Assembly (NCBI GenBank): GCA_035649735.1
Contig: DASRIZ010000454.1
Coordinates: 1,519-65,518, forward strand
Direction: 5' to 3'
Origin: Blastocatellia bacterium
Lineage (GTDB): Bacteria; Acidobacteriota; Blastocatellia; UBA7656
DNA: 64,000 bases
The notes below the pieces were generated by a model that was not told where the DNA came from, ran no database searches, and was given only the letters and a program-made list of their open reading frames with translations. The position numbers were made by a program, and so were the translations under genes. Positions 27,313-36,484 of this stretch are shown here, piece after piece; the stretch's first letter is position 1; each line of letters begins with the position of its first letter.

Positions 27313-30045
27313 ATGTCTAATCTTCTTCCTATTCTTCTGCTTATCGGCCTACTTGCAACGCCGATCGCCGCTCAATCCAACATCACCACTCCCAAACAAG
27401 AATTCGGATTCAACTTCGGTGACGACTATCAACTAGCCAACTACAAACAAATCTCGGCCTACTGGCGCAAGCTCGCGCACCAGTCCAATCGAATTGTCAT
27501 CCGCGAGATCGGCAAGACCGCCGAAGGCCGTCCCCACTTCATGGCGATCGTTACGTCACCGGAGAACCATAAAAACCTGACACGCTACAAGGAAATCTCT
27601 CAGCGCCTGGCTCGCGCTGAGGGGCTCACCGACGAACAGGCTCGCGTGTTGGCCAAAGAAGGCAAGGCGGTGGTATGGATCGACGGCGGGTTGCACGCCA
27701 GCGAAGTTCTCGGCGCGCAGCAATTGGGCGAGATGGTTTATCAAATGGTCAGCCGCAACGACGAAGAGACGCTCCGCTTTCTAAACGACGTCATCATCCT
27801 CTTCGTCCATGCTAACCCGGACGGCAACGATCTCGTCGCCGATTGGTACAATCGCAATCCGATTCCGGAGCAGCGGAGCATGAGCGGATTGCCGCGGCTA
27901 TATCAAAAGTACATCGGACACGATAACAACCGGGATTTCTTCGCGTCGACTCAGCCCGAAACTGAAAACATCAACCGCGTTCTCTATCACGAATGGTTTC
28001 CGCAGATTCTCTACAACCATCATCAGAGCGGCCCGGCCGGAACGGTTGTCTATTCTCCGCCGCTGCGTGATCCGTTCAACTACAACCAGGACCCGTTGCT
28101 TGTGCTCGGCATTCAAACGGTGGGCACGGCAATGCACACGCGACTGGCCACTGAAGGCAAACCGGGTGCGACCATGCGCTCGGGCGGTCCTTACGACGGC
28201 TGGTGGAACGGTGGTATTCGCAACACCGCGGCGTTTCACAACATCGTGGCGTTGCTGACGGAGATGATCGGCAACCCGACACCAGCGCGGATTCCGCTTG
28301 TAATGCAGCGTCAATTGCCCACCAGTGATCTAACCTATCCGATAGCTCCACAGGAGTGGCATTTCCGCCAATCAGTCGAGTACTCAATCACGATGAATCG
28401 AGCGGTGCTTGATGTTGCGTCGCGGATGAAAGAGAACTTTCTCTTCAACATCTACCGCATGGGCAAGAACTCGATTGAGCGCGGCAGTCGCGATACGTGG
28501 ACGCCGGCGCCGCATCGCTATGCCGCCGCAAGCGCAAAGCTTGGGATTGTCGAGACCGCAGGCCCGCGGGGCGCGCCGGCAAACCCCGAACGCGACGCGA
28601 AGCTCTGGGCAGAACTACATAAACCGGAATCGCGAGATCCGCGAGGGTTTATCCTTTCATCGGATCAAGCCGACTTCCCTACCGCGATAAAGTTCATCAA
28701 CGCCCTGCTTGAAACAGGCATCACCGTGCATCGGGCGACTCGCGATTTTGAAGTGTTGGGGAAAAAATACCCTTCAGGGTCTTTCGTCGTTCTCACGGCG
28801 CAAGCATTCCGACCGCACGTGATGGACATGTTCGAACCGCAAGACCATCCGGACAACATCCCTTATCCGGGTGCACCGCCCACACCGCCTTACGATCACG
28901 CTGGTTGGACACTGGCGTTTCAGATGGGCGTCGAGTTCGATCGAATACTTGAAGGGTTCACGGGTCCTTTTGAAAAGATCGAAGCGTGGAATATCAAACC
29001 ACAATCCGCATCGGTTAGCGTGGTTAACGATACGGCGGGTTACCTTACTAGTCGAGCTGTCAACGATTCGTTCATAGCTCTCAACCGAACGCTGCGGTCC
29101 AGCGAAGAGGTGTATTGGCTTCACAGTCCAATGACCGCAAATGGCCGCACTTATCCTCCCGGCAGTTTCTATTTTGCGGGCGACAGCTCGAAGTTGACGT
29201 TAATGCGAAAAACCGCTCTGGACCTCGGACTCACTTTCAATGCTACGCGCGAGACCGCGCCGGTGGACGCCGTAAAGCTAAGACGCCCACGGATCGGGTT
29301 ATGGGATCAATACGGCGGTTCGATGGATGCCGGTTGGACGCGTTGGATTCTCGAGCAATTTGAATTCAAATTTGACCGCGTGTTTCCGCCGGTTTTGGAT
29401 GCCGGCAATCTCGCCGATAAGTACGATGTATTGATCTTTGTTGAAGGCGCCATCCCCGGCGCCACCGGTGGTCGCACGGGAGGTGGAAGTGGCGTCGGCA
29501 CGTTTATCGACAACGTTCCCGCGGAATATCAAGCCCAGCAAGGTCGCGTGACGAACGAGCGAACGCTGCCGCAGATCAAGGCTTTCATCGAGAACGGCGG
29601 AACGGTTATCGCCCTAGGCACTTCAGCCGCGAACCTTGCATCATTCTTACAACTGCCGATCGAAAACCATCTGGTTGAGAACGGTGCGCCGTTGCCACGC
29701 TCGAAATTCTATGTCCCCGGCTCCGTACTTTCAGTGCGGGTGGACGTCACGCATCCGCTCGCACACGGAATGGCCGAACACACCGACATCTTTTTCGACA
29801 ACAGCCCCGTATTCAAGCTCGGAGCCAAAGCTCAATCATCCGGGATAAAGGCTATTGCCTGGTTTGATAGCAAGACCCCGCTTCGAAGCGGATGGGCGTG
29901 GGGCGCGCAATATCTCGAGGGCGGGGTGGCGGCGATCGAGGCGCCAGTCGGCAAGGGGAAAGTTCTTTTGTTTGGTCCTGAGATACTAAAGCGCTCCCAA
30001 CCGCACGGCACATTCAAGTTTCTATTCAACGCGATCTACCGCTGA
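27313..30045 (+). CDS. Secreted M14-family zinc carboxypeptidase with large C-terminal extension
   Basis: Signal peptide; HxxE zinc motif (GGLHASEV), NPDG motif (HANPDGN); 910 aa. Confidence 0.65.
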   Translation: MSNLLPILLLIGLLATPIAAQSNITTPKQEFGFNFGDDYQLANYKQISAYWRKLAHQSNRIVIREIGKTAEGRPHFMAIVTSPENHKNLTRYKEISQRLARAEGLTDEQARVLAKEGKAVVWIDGGLHASEVLGAQQLGEMVYQMVSRNDEETLRFLNDVIILFVHANPDGNDLVADWYNRNPIPEQRSMSGLPRLYQKYIGHDNNRDFFASTQPETENINRVLYHEWFPQILYNHHQSGPAGTVVYSPPLRDPFNYNQDPLLVLGIQTVGTAMHTRLATEGKPGATMRSGGPYDGWWNGGIRNTAAFHNIVALLTEMIGNPTPARIPLVMQRQLPTSDLTYPIAPQEWHFRQSVEYSITMNRAVLDVASRMKENFLFNIYRMGKNSIERGSRDTWTPAPHRYAAASAKLGIVETAGPRGAPANPERDAKLWAELHKPESRDPRGFILSSDQADFPTAIKFINALLETGITVHRATRDFEVLGKKYPSGSFVVLTAQAFRPHVMDMFEPQDHPDNIPYPGAPPTPPYDHAGWTLAFQMGVEFDRILEGFTGPFEKIEAWNIKPQSASVSVVNDTAGYLTSRAVNDSFIALNRTLRSSEEVYWLHSPMTANGRTYPPGSFYFAGDSSKLTLMRKTALDLGLTFNATRETAPVDAVKLRRPRIGLWDQYGGSMDAGWTRWILEQFEFKFDRVFPPVLDAGNLADKYDVLIFVEGAIPGATGGRTGGGSGVGTFIDNVPAEYQAQQGRVTNERTLPQIKAFIENGGTVIALGTSAANLASFLQLPIENHLVENGAPLPRSKFYVPGSVLSVRVDVTHPLAHGMAEHTDIFFDNSPVFKLGAKAQSSGIKAIAWFDSKTPLRSGWAWGAQYLEGGVAAIEAPVGKGKVLLFGPEILKRSQPHGTFKFLFNAIYR

Positions 30046-30112
30046 GGTCATGGCGCTGACAAGTTTCCGCGCTGGACAAATCGAATGTCAGCTCTGACCC
30101 CAGGATCAGAGG

Positions 30113-31375
30113 TCAGAATCCAATTTTGTCGATAAGATCGATGACGTGCGGGGTATCCGCCTGGACTATGCTGACCCTCTCCGCGAAGTCCTTATTCTCC
30201 GCGAAGAAGCTCGTCAAGCTGTGCTTCTTGGGTGACCAATTCTCTCTCACCTTCGTCGTCGGTTTGTCCTTTTTTTTCGTTTTTTCCTTCTGCTGTTCCT
30301 TCTTCCAATCTGCCTCACGTCCGATGTCGATCTCGTCGATGGGGTAGGTGAGATGAATCGTGAATTCGTTGTCACCGTTTTCATCTAACAACATTTGCAA
30401 CGTCTCCCGTTCCGGATTGCCGTGCTCGCCGTTTCCCGAAAACACATAGTGGTCGGCGGTGACACGCTGGAAGAAGACACGATCAATGTTACGGTCACTT
30501 CCGTGATGCGGCATTTTGAGGATATTCACGTGCATCTTGCCCTTCTTCAGAAGGCCCGCCAACTCCAAGCCTTCCAGGATCTTGTCGCCGCGGGCGTCAC
30601 CCGTCAGTAGCATACTCTTCTTACTAACCTCTGCTAGCAGCACCAGGCTCGACAGATTGGCAACCGAGGTATCGGTGAACGATGCGAGCGCCTTCTTTGT
30701 CTTCTTATCGGCCTCGTTCTTCTTAAGGAATGCGTCGTGATCCTTCTGTAATTTAATCAGCTCAGCTTTCATTGGCCCGGCCACTGTGATCTTTAGCCCT
30801 TTCCCGATGTCTATCGGAGCGCCGTTCTTCTCCGCAATGACGAGCTTCTCGCCGAACTGGGGATTGATTCGAAGCTGCAGGTTTCTGGCATCGTCGCGAA
30901 GCCTGAATCCCTGCCCGACACTGGCGAGGACCCGCGCCGCGTCCGGATCGAGACCTTCGGTGTCGGGCTCGCCGCTTAACGACGCAGCCCCAAACGACGC
31001 TTTCACGGAGGCCACCAATTCGTCGGGTGTATTGCCGATGATGTCGTCGAATGTGTTGTGCCAAAAGCTGCGGATCTTTAGCGGCAAAGGCTGTTGTGAT
31101 GCCTTGGCCTCGACGAGTTCCTTGGTTAGTTCCAGGATGCCGTTGATGTGGTCGTCGTCGATGTGACTGACCATCATCAAGTCGACCGGGAGAGATTCGT
31201 TGTTGCCAAGTCCGCGCGCTTTCCTTATTTGCCCGAGCCGCGGCTCTAAATGCGGCTTATAAACTTGTGAAGGGCCGCCGTCGATCAGGACAAGGCCGGG
31301 TTCGTCTTTCGAGCCATAGTGCACGATCAAACAGTCGCCCTTTCGAGCCCGTCTTACATCCATGCTAAAGATCAT
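30113..31375 (-). CDS. MBL-fold metallo-hydrolase (ComEC-like HHGS variant) with Lys-rich C-terminal tail; third gene of patatin-S8-MBL operon
   Basis: DCLIVHYG...LIDGGP, SHIDDDH (variant HxHxDH), LTGDA, MPHHGS motifs; GGAGG RBS 6 nt upstream of ATG at 31375; no signal peptide. Confidence 0.6.
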   Translation of the reverse strand: MIFSMDVRRARKGDCLIVHYGSKDEPGLVLIDGGPSQVYKPHLEPRLGQIRKARGLGNNESLPVDLMMVSHIDDDHINGILELTKELVEAKASQQPLPLKIRSFWHNTFDDIIGNTPDELVASVKASFGAASLSGEPDTEGLDPDAARVLASVGQGFRLRDDARNLQLRINPQFGEKLVIAEKNGAPIDIGKGLKITVAGPMKAELIKLQKDHDAFLKKNEADKKTKKALASFTDTSVANLSSLVLLAEVSKKSMLLTGDARGDKILEGLELAGLLKKGKMHVNILKMPHHGSDRNIDRVFFQRVTADHYVFSGNGEHGNPERETLQMLLDENGDNEFTIHLTYPIDEIDIGREADWKKEQQKEKTKKKDKPTTKVRENWSPKKHSLTSFFAENKDFAERVSIVQADTPHVIDLIDKIGF

Positions 31376-31386
31376 GACTTGCCTCC

Positions 31387-33300
31387 TCAGATTTTTTGGA
31401 ATGCTCGGAGCACATCCAACATTCCGTTTCCCTGGAAACTGCGTTCGCGGCCGAGATCGGTTGCGCTTTCGCAGAGAATTCGCTTGATCCTTCGCGGCTC
31501 GCCGATCAGCTCGGCGTAGCGCGCCAATAACATAGCCGCTGCCCCGCTGACGTGCGGAGCCGCCATACTCGTTCCATCGAGTTCGCCCCAGCCGCGATCC
31601 GGAAGGCACGACTCGATTCGTTCACCTGGGGCGACCAAGTCCGGCTTCAGTCGGCCGTCCCCGGTTGGGCCGCGGCTCGAGAAAAAGCTAACGCCGTACG
31701 TGTGCGGTCGGTACCGATGAGTTGCGCCGACGGTGATAACTCCATCTGCATTGCCCGGATCGGTTACGCTGAAAGCCGTGTAGCCTTCGTATGAGCCCTC
31801 CGCGGTTTTGAACCTTTGGTAGCCTAGATTGCCGGCCGCGGCGACGACCACCACACCGCTGTCAACCAAGCGCTCGCATTCGTTGCAGATTGGCGTGCGC
31901 CCGCACGCGAAATTGCGCACATCATGAGGGATCGAAAGACTGAGATTGGCGCCATGTATGCTGATGTACGTATGGCGCTCGTTCAGATAGCGCAGGAATT
32001 GGAGCGCTGCAATGATCGCAAATTCGGTGTCTTCCAAAGACTTGGACAACACACGAAAATCGTAGAGATTTATATCCGGACACATTCCATCAGCGTAATT
32101 TGAATCTGGGTTGGTGCCAGCGGTTCGCCCCTCTGTGCTTGCATTATCGCTCCTCGCCCCGAGGATACCTGCAACATGGGTTCCATGTCCGCCGCCACGG
32201 ACCGGCGTTTTTGGGTCGATCTCGATGAATTTCTCTACTAGTTCCCAATGGATCGGTCGATCATTCTCGGCATCCTTTGCCAGTTCGTGCAGTTTTTTGG
32301 TCGCCTCTTCTTCAGTCAGTGTTTCCGTTCGACCCTCCAGCAATTCCTTCAGCCTTTTCTTGAAGGCGGGTGTCTTTGTATCGAGATTGTCGAGACTGAC
32401 AATCCCTCGAATATTGCTGAAGTCGAACGCCCTTACGATGCGGCACTTACCGTTCGCGTCATTAAACGCAGGGTGCGTGCCGTCGATGCCCGAATCCAAC
32501 ACTGCCCAACTGATCCCGTTGCACTTCACGTTGAATAGCGTCCGGGCGGCGTCAGCTTTGACTGCCGGCACCGATTTGGCAAGAGCAGGCAACACCCTGC
32601 GATTGAGTGAAATCTGAAAGACTTGCGGTTCCTTACTCCATCTGGTTGCGTCCTTAAGCTGTAAGTCCTTCTGAATTTCTTTGAAGAGCTCGCTGAGCGT
32701 TTTGACAATAGCGTCAGGGCTCTTGATCCTCGCCATCGCCTCGATGATATCGCCCCGTGATGCCGGCGTGTTCTTGTTTTTGGCGCCGGCCCACACAACG
32801 ATTCCCGCCAGGGCAACATAGCGATCCAATGCCTTGAATTCGGCTAAGTCCTCAGCACGTTTGGCCCTCTCCTCCTCATTCTTGGCGTGGGCCCAGTCGA
32901 TTATTGCTTTGATTTTGGGCCGCAACAGATCTTCTTTTACATAGGCACCTATTCGCTCTTGTACCTTCGGATCTTGCCACCATTTCGTCATGGGCACGAT
33001 GAAACGAATCACCTCTCGAAACGAAAGACGCGCTGCTACGAGGCCTTGAAGATATGCGACCTGCGACAACGCATTATTGCGGATCTTTTTCACTTCTCGA
33101 AGCCGGTCGGCGATCAGAACGGCCACGGGACCGGCCGCCCTCTCCCTGGTTAGCGTAATCAGCAAATCAATCGCGTCGTAAGGTTTCGCTGCAAACGCGA
33201 TCCAGACGTCCCCGAGGACCGGCGAATCCTGTAACTGGCGGCGATCGCTTGAGTGGCCGAGGAGGACCAGATCGACTAGGTCTCGCGAAGTAATATCCAT
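31387..33300 (-). CDS. Subtilase (S8 peptidase) with ~250-aa N-terminal domain of unknown function; second gene of operon
   Basis: Catalytic triad motifs DSGID (Asp), HGTHVAG (His), GTSMAAPHVSG (Ser) in C-terminal 2/3; N-terminal 250 aa unmatched; no signal peptide; start 3 nt after patatin stop. Confidence 0.75.
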   Translation of the reverse strand: MDITSRDLVDLVLLGHSSDRRQLQDSPVLGDVWIAFAAKPYDAIDLLITLTRERAAGPVAVLIADRLREVKKIRNNALSQVAYLQGLVAARLSFREVIRFIVPMTKWWQDPKVQERIGAYVKEDLLRPKIKAIIDWAHAKNEEERAKRAEDLAEFKALDRYVALAGIVVWAGAKNKNTPASRGDIIEAMARIKSPDAIVKTLSELFKEIQKDLQLKDATRWSKEPQVFQISLNRRVLPALAKSVPAVKADAARTLFNVKCNGISWAVLDSGIDGTHPAFNDANGKCRIVRAFDFSNIRGIVSLDNLDTKTPAFKKRLKELLEGRTETLTEEEATKKLHELAKDAENDRPIHWELVEKFIEIDPKTPVRGGGHGTHVAGILGARSDNASTEGRTAGTNPDSNYADGMCPDINLYDFRVLSKSLEDTEFAIIAALQFLRYLNERHTYISIHGANLSLSIPHDVRNFACGRTPICNECERLVDSGVVVVAAAGNLGYQRFKTAEGSYEGYTAFSVTDPGNADGVITVGATHRYRPHTYGVSFFSSRGPTGDGRLKPDLVAPGERIESCLPDRGWGELDGTSMAAPHVSGAAAMLLARYAELIGEPRRIKRILCESATDLGRERSFQGNGMLDVLRAFQKI

Positions 33301-33303
33301 GAG

Positions 33304-34542
33304 TCACACTCCAGCGGCCGGGTAAGGGAAACCAGCCGGCTTTGTTATTGACGTATCGACGTGTCGGCGCAAAGCAGCATCGCACACCGCGTATCCCCAG
33401 TTAATCAGTCGCTCCTGCACATCGTCGTCCAGACGTTTGAGTCGCGTCGGCGTCTCGGCCAGTGCCGTCGTCCGGCCCAGCGGACACGGCAGCGGGTCAG
33501 TCAACTGGTAGTCGGCAATATCAGTACGAATACCCCAATAGACGCCTTGACGAACGCCTGCTTTGAACGAGTCGATCAGTTGCCGCTTGCGTAACGAACG
33601 CACCTGATTGTCCACCAACTCAAGGACTCTATACGCGTGACGAGCCCAGTCGCTCTTTGGTTCCTCTTCCGCTTGGAGCTTCCCGCCTGCGTCGCTGACC
33701 AAGACGGTCTGATAGTTTTTCCAGGCAGTTTCCAGACCGAGATTGTCGTAAACGCCTCCGTCGGTGAGAAACACGCGTGTGGTGAACGGTTTGCGCTGGA
33801 GGTCGCGGCCCGAGTTTGGGGTAAACGCTTCTTCCTCGAGCCGCATCTCGAACGGCGAGAGCACCGGCGGAAACGCAGAAGACGCCGCGACTGCTTGCGC
33901 CAGCGGGATCGTCGGCGTCTTCACCTCGCCCACGCGGTAGTCACGCATGTATGGCTTCATGAAACGCCAGAGCGCGCCCGACTGAATGTTGGTTGCGTTA
34001 ATCACAAACCGAGGCGAATCCGGAAGATCCTGGAGTGTTCTGCCGTGAAAGAGATGTCGGTCATAGGCGCGCGCAATTCGATCACTCACCCTTCCGGGCA
34101 AAGCTATCCCTAGAACGATGGCGTCCGCGTCAATCGTCTCTTCTCCGAGCGCGCGTACGGGTGCAACAACTTCGGCAACGAAGTCGTCGCGGACCCGCGC
34201 GGGATCGAAGCTGAGCCGACCCCACTTCAGGCCCAACACCCCTGCGGTTATGGACCCTCCTGAGACGCTTGAGATTCTCTGAACACCTTGCAACAGGCGT
34301 GTTTCGTAAAGTCGCCAGAGGGATCCGATGTGAAATAACATTGCCCTATAGCCGCCGCCCGAGAGGCAAAGCGCGATGCCGGGTTTCACCTGAGTTGCGC
34401 CGCCGTCGGCATCCGGTTCGATCGACGTTACAGGCGAAGCGGCCTCAGCTGGGCGTGACGGATCTAATTCATTGGTCACAGCTGTAATACCTCCGTTAAA
34501 TTCGGCGCTTAAGCTTGACGCGAAACTCAGATTTGGCCTCAA
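33304..34542 (-). CDS. Patatin-like phospholipase; first gene of operon
   Basis: Oxyanion GGGYRA, nucleophile elbow SVSGGS (GxSxG variant), catalytic DGGVYDNLG; no signal peptide. Confidence 0.75.
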   Translation of the reverse strand: MRPNLSFASSLSAEFNGGITAVTNELDPSRPAEAASPVTSIEPDADGGATQVKPGIALCLSGGGYRAMLFHIGSLWRLYETRLLQGVQRISSVSGGSITAGVLGLKWGRLSFDPARVRDDFVAEVVAPVRALGEETIDADAIVLGIALPGRVSDRIARAYDRHLFHGRTLQDLPDSPRFVINATNIQSGALWRFMKPYMRDYRVGEVKTPTIPLAQAVAASSAFPPVLSPFEMRLEEEAFTPNSGRDLQRKPFTTRVFLTDGGVYDNLGLETAWKNYQTVLVSDAGGKLQAEEEPKSDWARHAYRVLELVDNQVRSLRKRQLIDSFKAGVRQGVYWGIRTDIADYQLTDPLPCPLGRTTALAETPTRLKRLDDDVQERLINWGYAVCDAALRRHVDTSITKPAGFPYPAAGV

Positions 34543-34603
34543 ATGCGAGCGGTTGTCCCCAAAGGAGTAGACGTAACCTGTTGGCCTAAAAATGCGGGTT
34601 TAT

Positions 34604-35407
34604 CTAATCACTAGGGTTTGGGGCTATCCGCATATACGCCTCACGCCAATCGCCGGTGTTGTCCCAAACGAACGGAGTTTGCACGGTGGTCCGCGCGTGG
34701 CTTGCAGTCTCGAGGAGATCGAGCGCGATACCAACGATCGCTCGTTGCATCCCCACATCATCCGGCTTACCGCAAGGGTTGCCGAGAGGAAAATCGGTGA
34801 ACACAAAGCGGGGAACGCCGCACTGCTCGACGATATCTCTAGCCGAGCCAATCACCACGGTTGAAACGCCATTTGTCTCGAGGCGTCGAGCTATCAGACT
34901 CCCGGTCTGATGACAGACCGGTCAGAGCGGTACCACAAGCGCAATATCGACGGCATCCGCGCGGCAAAGTTCAAGGACTGCAGGCGCGTACTCGTCTACG
35001 GTGCGACGCTGACTGAAGTCCGTCGGCACTCCGTAGAATCGTGACGAGAGACTGCCGATCCGACCGCTGGCCGCAAATTCAGCAAGCCGTCTGAGCGGAA
35101 GAAAGGTCTCTACATCGCGTGTGTGCGTAGCCTTTTTATCCCAGGAGCGGTGGTCCGTATACAGTGCGACTGGCGGAGGTTCGGTAGGTGCACCGTAAAC
35201 CGCCGCCACTCGACACGTTTCCTGGTTCAACGCCGCAGTCGTGATTAAAGCGACCCGGCTCTGGCTGAGTGGCTTCGCGAGCGGCGCGAACGGAGCGTCC
35301 TGGTGGTATGCCCAACGGTAAGGATTCTCATAACCGCGGGCGAGATAGTATTCGCGAGACTTGTCGATATAGCTGACGAAAATACGTTGCGCGGAGTCTA
35401 GAGCCAT
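34604..35407 (-). CDS. Candidate selenoprotein (GrdB/PrdB-family-like) with in-frame UGA at 34924-34922 followed by UxxC motif
   Basis: Two same-frame ORFs separated only by TGA; no ATG at start of second ORF; read-through gives ...ALVVPL-U-PVCHQTGS...; perfect hairpin immediately 3' of UGA. Confidence 0.5.
34902..34921 (-). promoter_or_regulatory. SECIS-like hairpin immediately downstream of in-frame UGA
   Basis: UGA-CCGGUCUG-UCAU-CAGACCGG (8-bp perfect stem, 4-nt loop); second weaker hairpin ~+21 to +45. Confidence 0.4.
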
Positions 35408-35410
35408 CGA

Positions 35411-36310
35411 TCAATCCCACGCATCCGCTTTTTTGTAGGCCTCGAACATCTTAAGCACGCCTTCACGACCCGCTATCGACGTGCCATGTTCCAGCCCTAT
35501 GATTCCACGATATCCCGCGTCATAAATGGCCTTAAGGACATTGCGATAGTTCACCTCGCCCGTCCCAGGTTCCTTTCGACCCGGCACATCCCCGGTCTGG
35601 ATGTAGCCGACCAGATCGACATAAGCGCGAAAGTTGTTAATCAGGTTCCCTTCGGTGATTTGGAGATGGTAAAGGTCAAACAGCATTCGCGCATGTTTGC
35701 TGTTGACTGCGGCGATTATCTCAGCCAGCTCATCCGAGTGAGTCATGAAGAACCCTGGATGGTCTATGTGATTCAGCGGCTCGACCACCAAAGCGAGCTC
35801 AGTCTTTTCAAGAAGCTCCGCCGCGCGTTTGAGCCCCTCGATGGCGCTTCGGCGTTGCGAGCTTCGAGAGACTCCGGGTATAGCGGGACCAGTAAGAGTC
35901 GTCACCGAGTGATTTCCGATAACCTTGTGGTACTCGATCGTCTTCTTGATTTCTTGAAGGAACGCATCGCGCTGCTTTGGATCGACCAGACCGGCGGTCT
36001 TCCATCCACCCGGGTTCGCAACGAAAATGCCCATCTCAATACGCAAGCTATCAAGCTTCTTGCGTATCTCTTCCACTTCGTTCAGCGGATGATTGAGTAG
36101 GCCGTTGTATTCCGTCGCGTCGAACCCGTGCTCGGCGATCAGATCCAGTCGTTGAGGAATCGTCAGTTCCTTGTTGAGGATGGTTAGGTGCGGCGCGTAA
36201 CGCAGGTGATACTTCCCGGGTTTGGTTTGTGCAAACCTGTTGGGCGGCAGACCCAACGCAACTGCACCGCTTGCGAGTAGTGTTGTCGTGATGAATCTGC
36301 GCCTTTCCAT
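35411..36310 (-). CDS. Tat-secreted sugar phosphate isomerase/epimerase (xylose-isomerase-like TIM barrel)
   Basis: Twin-arginine MERRRFITTTLLASGAVALG; TIM-barrel AP-endonuclease-2 family blocks; GGAGGAG RBS; stop 3 nt before selenoprotein start. Confidence 0.75.
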   Translation of the reverse strand: MERRRFITTTLLASGAVALGLPPNRFAQTKPGKYHLRYAPHLTILNKELTIPQRLDLIAEHGFDATEYNGLLNHPLNEVEEIRKKLDSLRIEMGIFVANPGGWKTAGLVDPKQRDAFLQEIKKTIEYHKVIGNHSVTTLTGPAIPGVSRSSQRRSAIEGLKRAAELLEKTELALVVEPLNHIDHPGFFMTHSDELAEIIAAVNSKHARMLFDLYHLQITEGNLINNFRAYVDLVGYIQTGDVPGRKEPGTGEVNYRNVLKAIYDAGYRGIIGLEHGTSIAGREGVLKMFEAYKKADAWD

Positions 36311-36340
36311 TCTGAACTCCTCCTTCGATTGACCGTATTC

Positions 36341-36420
36341 CGTGGGCCGTAGTCCGTAGTCCGTAGTAATTGACTACCGACTTCTGACTTCCGACTGACC
36401 TCTGACCTACGGATCACCCC
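36341..36420. repeat. Heptamer-repeat region (CCGTAGT x3 followed by GACTNCN-type heptamers) upstream of the isomerase-selenoprotein operon
   Basis: ccgtagtccgtagtccgtagtaattgactaccgacttctgacttccgactgacctctgacctacgga. Confidence 0.5.
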
Positions 36421-36484
36421 GCGACGTTTTCGCAGCCTCAGTATGTCACCACTTCGCTCGGCTGCGCACAAGTCCTGAGAGCAC

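Noticed and set aside
30113-34542. Lower-GC horizontally acquired island call for the patatin-S8-MBL operon
   Set aside because: Spot counts of 60-nt samples gave 43-62% GC, overlapping values from core genes in this window. I cannot support a compositional anomaly without a proper sliding-window computation, so it is not claimed.
34922-35407. Treating 34922-35407 as a complete 161-aa gene, or as a nonsense pseudogene
   Set aside because: The immediately following in-frame sequence lacks its own ATG, creates a U-x-x-C motif, and is preceded by a perfect hairpin right after the TGA. That favours selenocysteine read-through. The pseudogene interpretation remains the main alternative and is stated in the finding.
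8412-36420. Tandem heptamer blocks (8412, 9198, 13401, 17505, 36341) as possible CRISPR arrays
   Set aside because: Units are 7 bp with no unique spacers and are arranged as palindromes. No cas genes are in the window, so these are not CRISPR.
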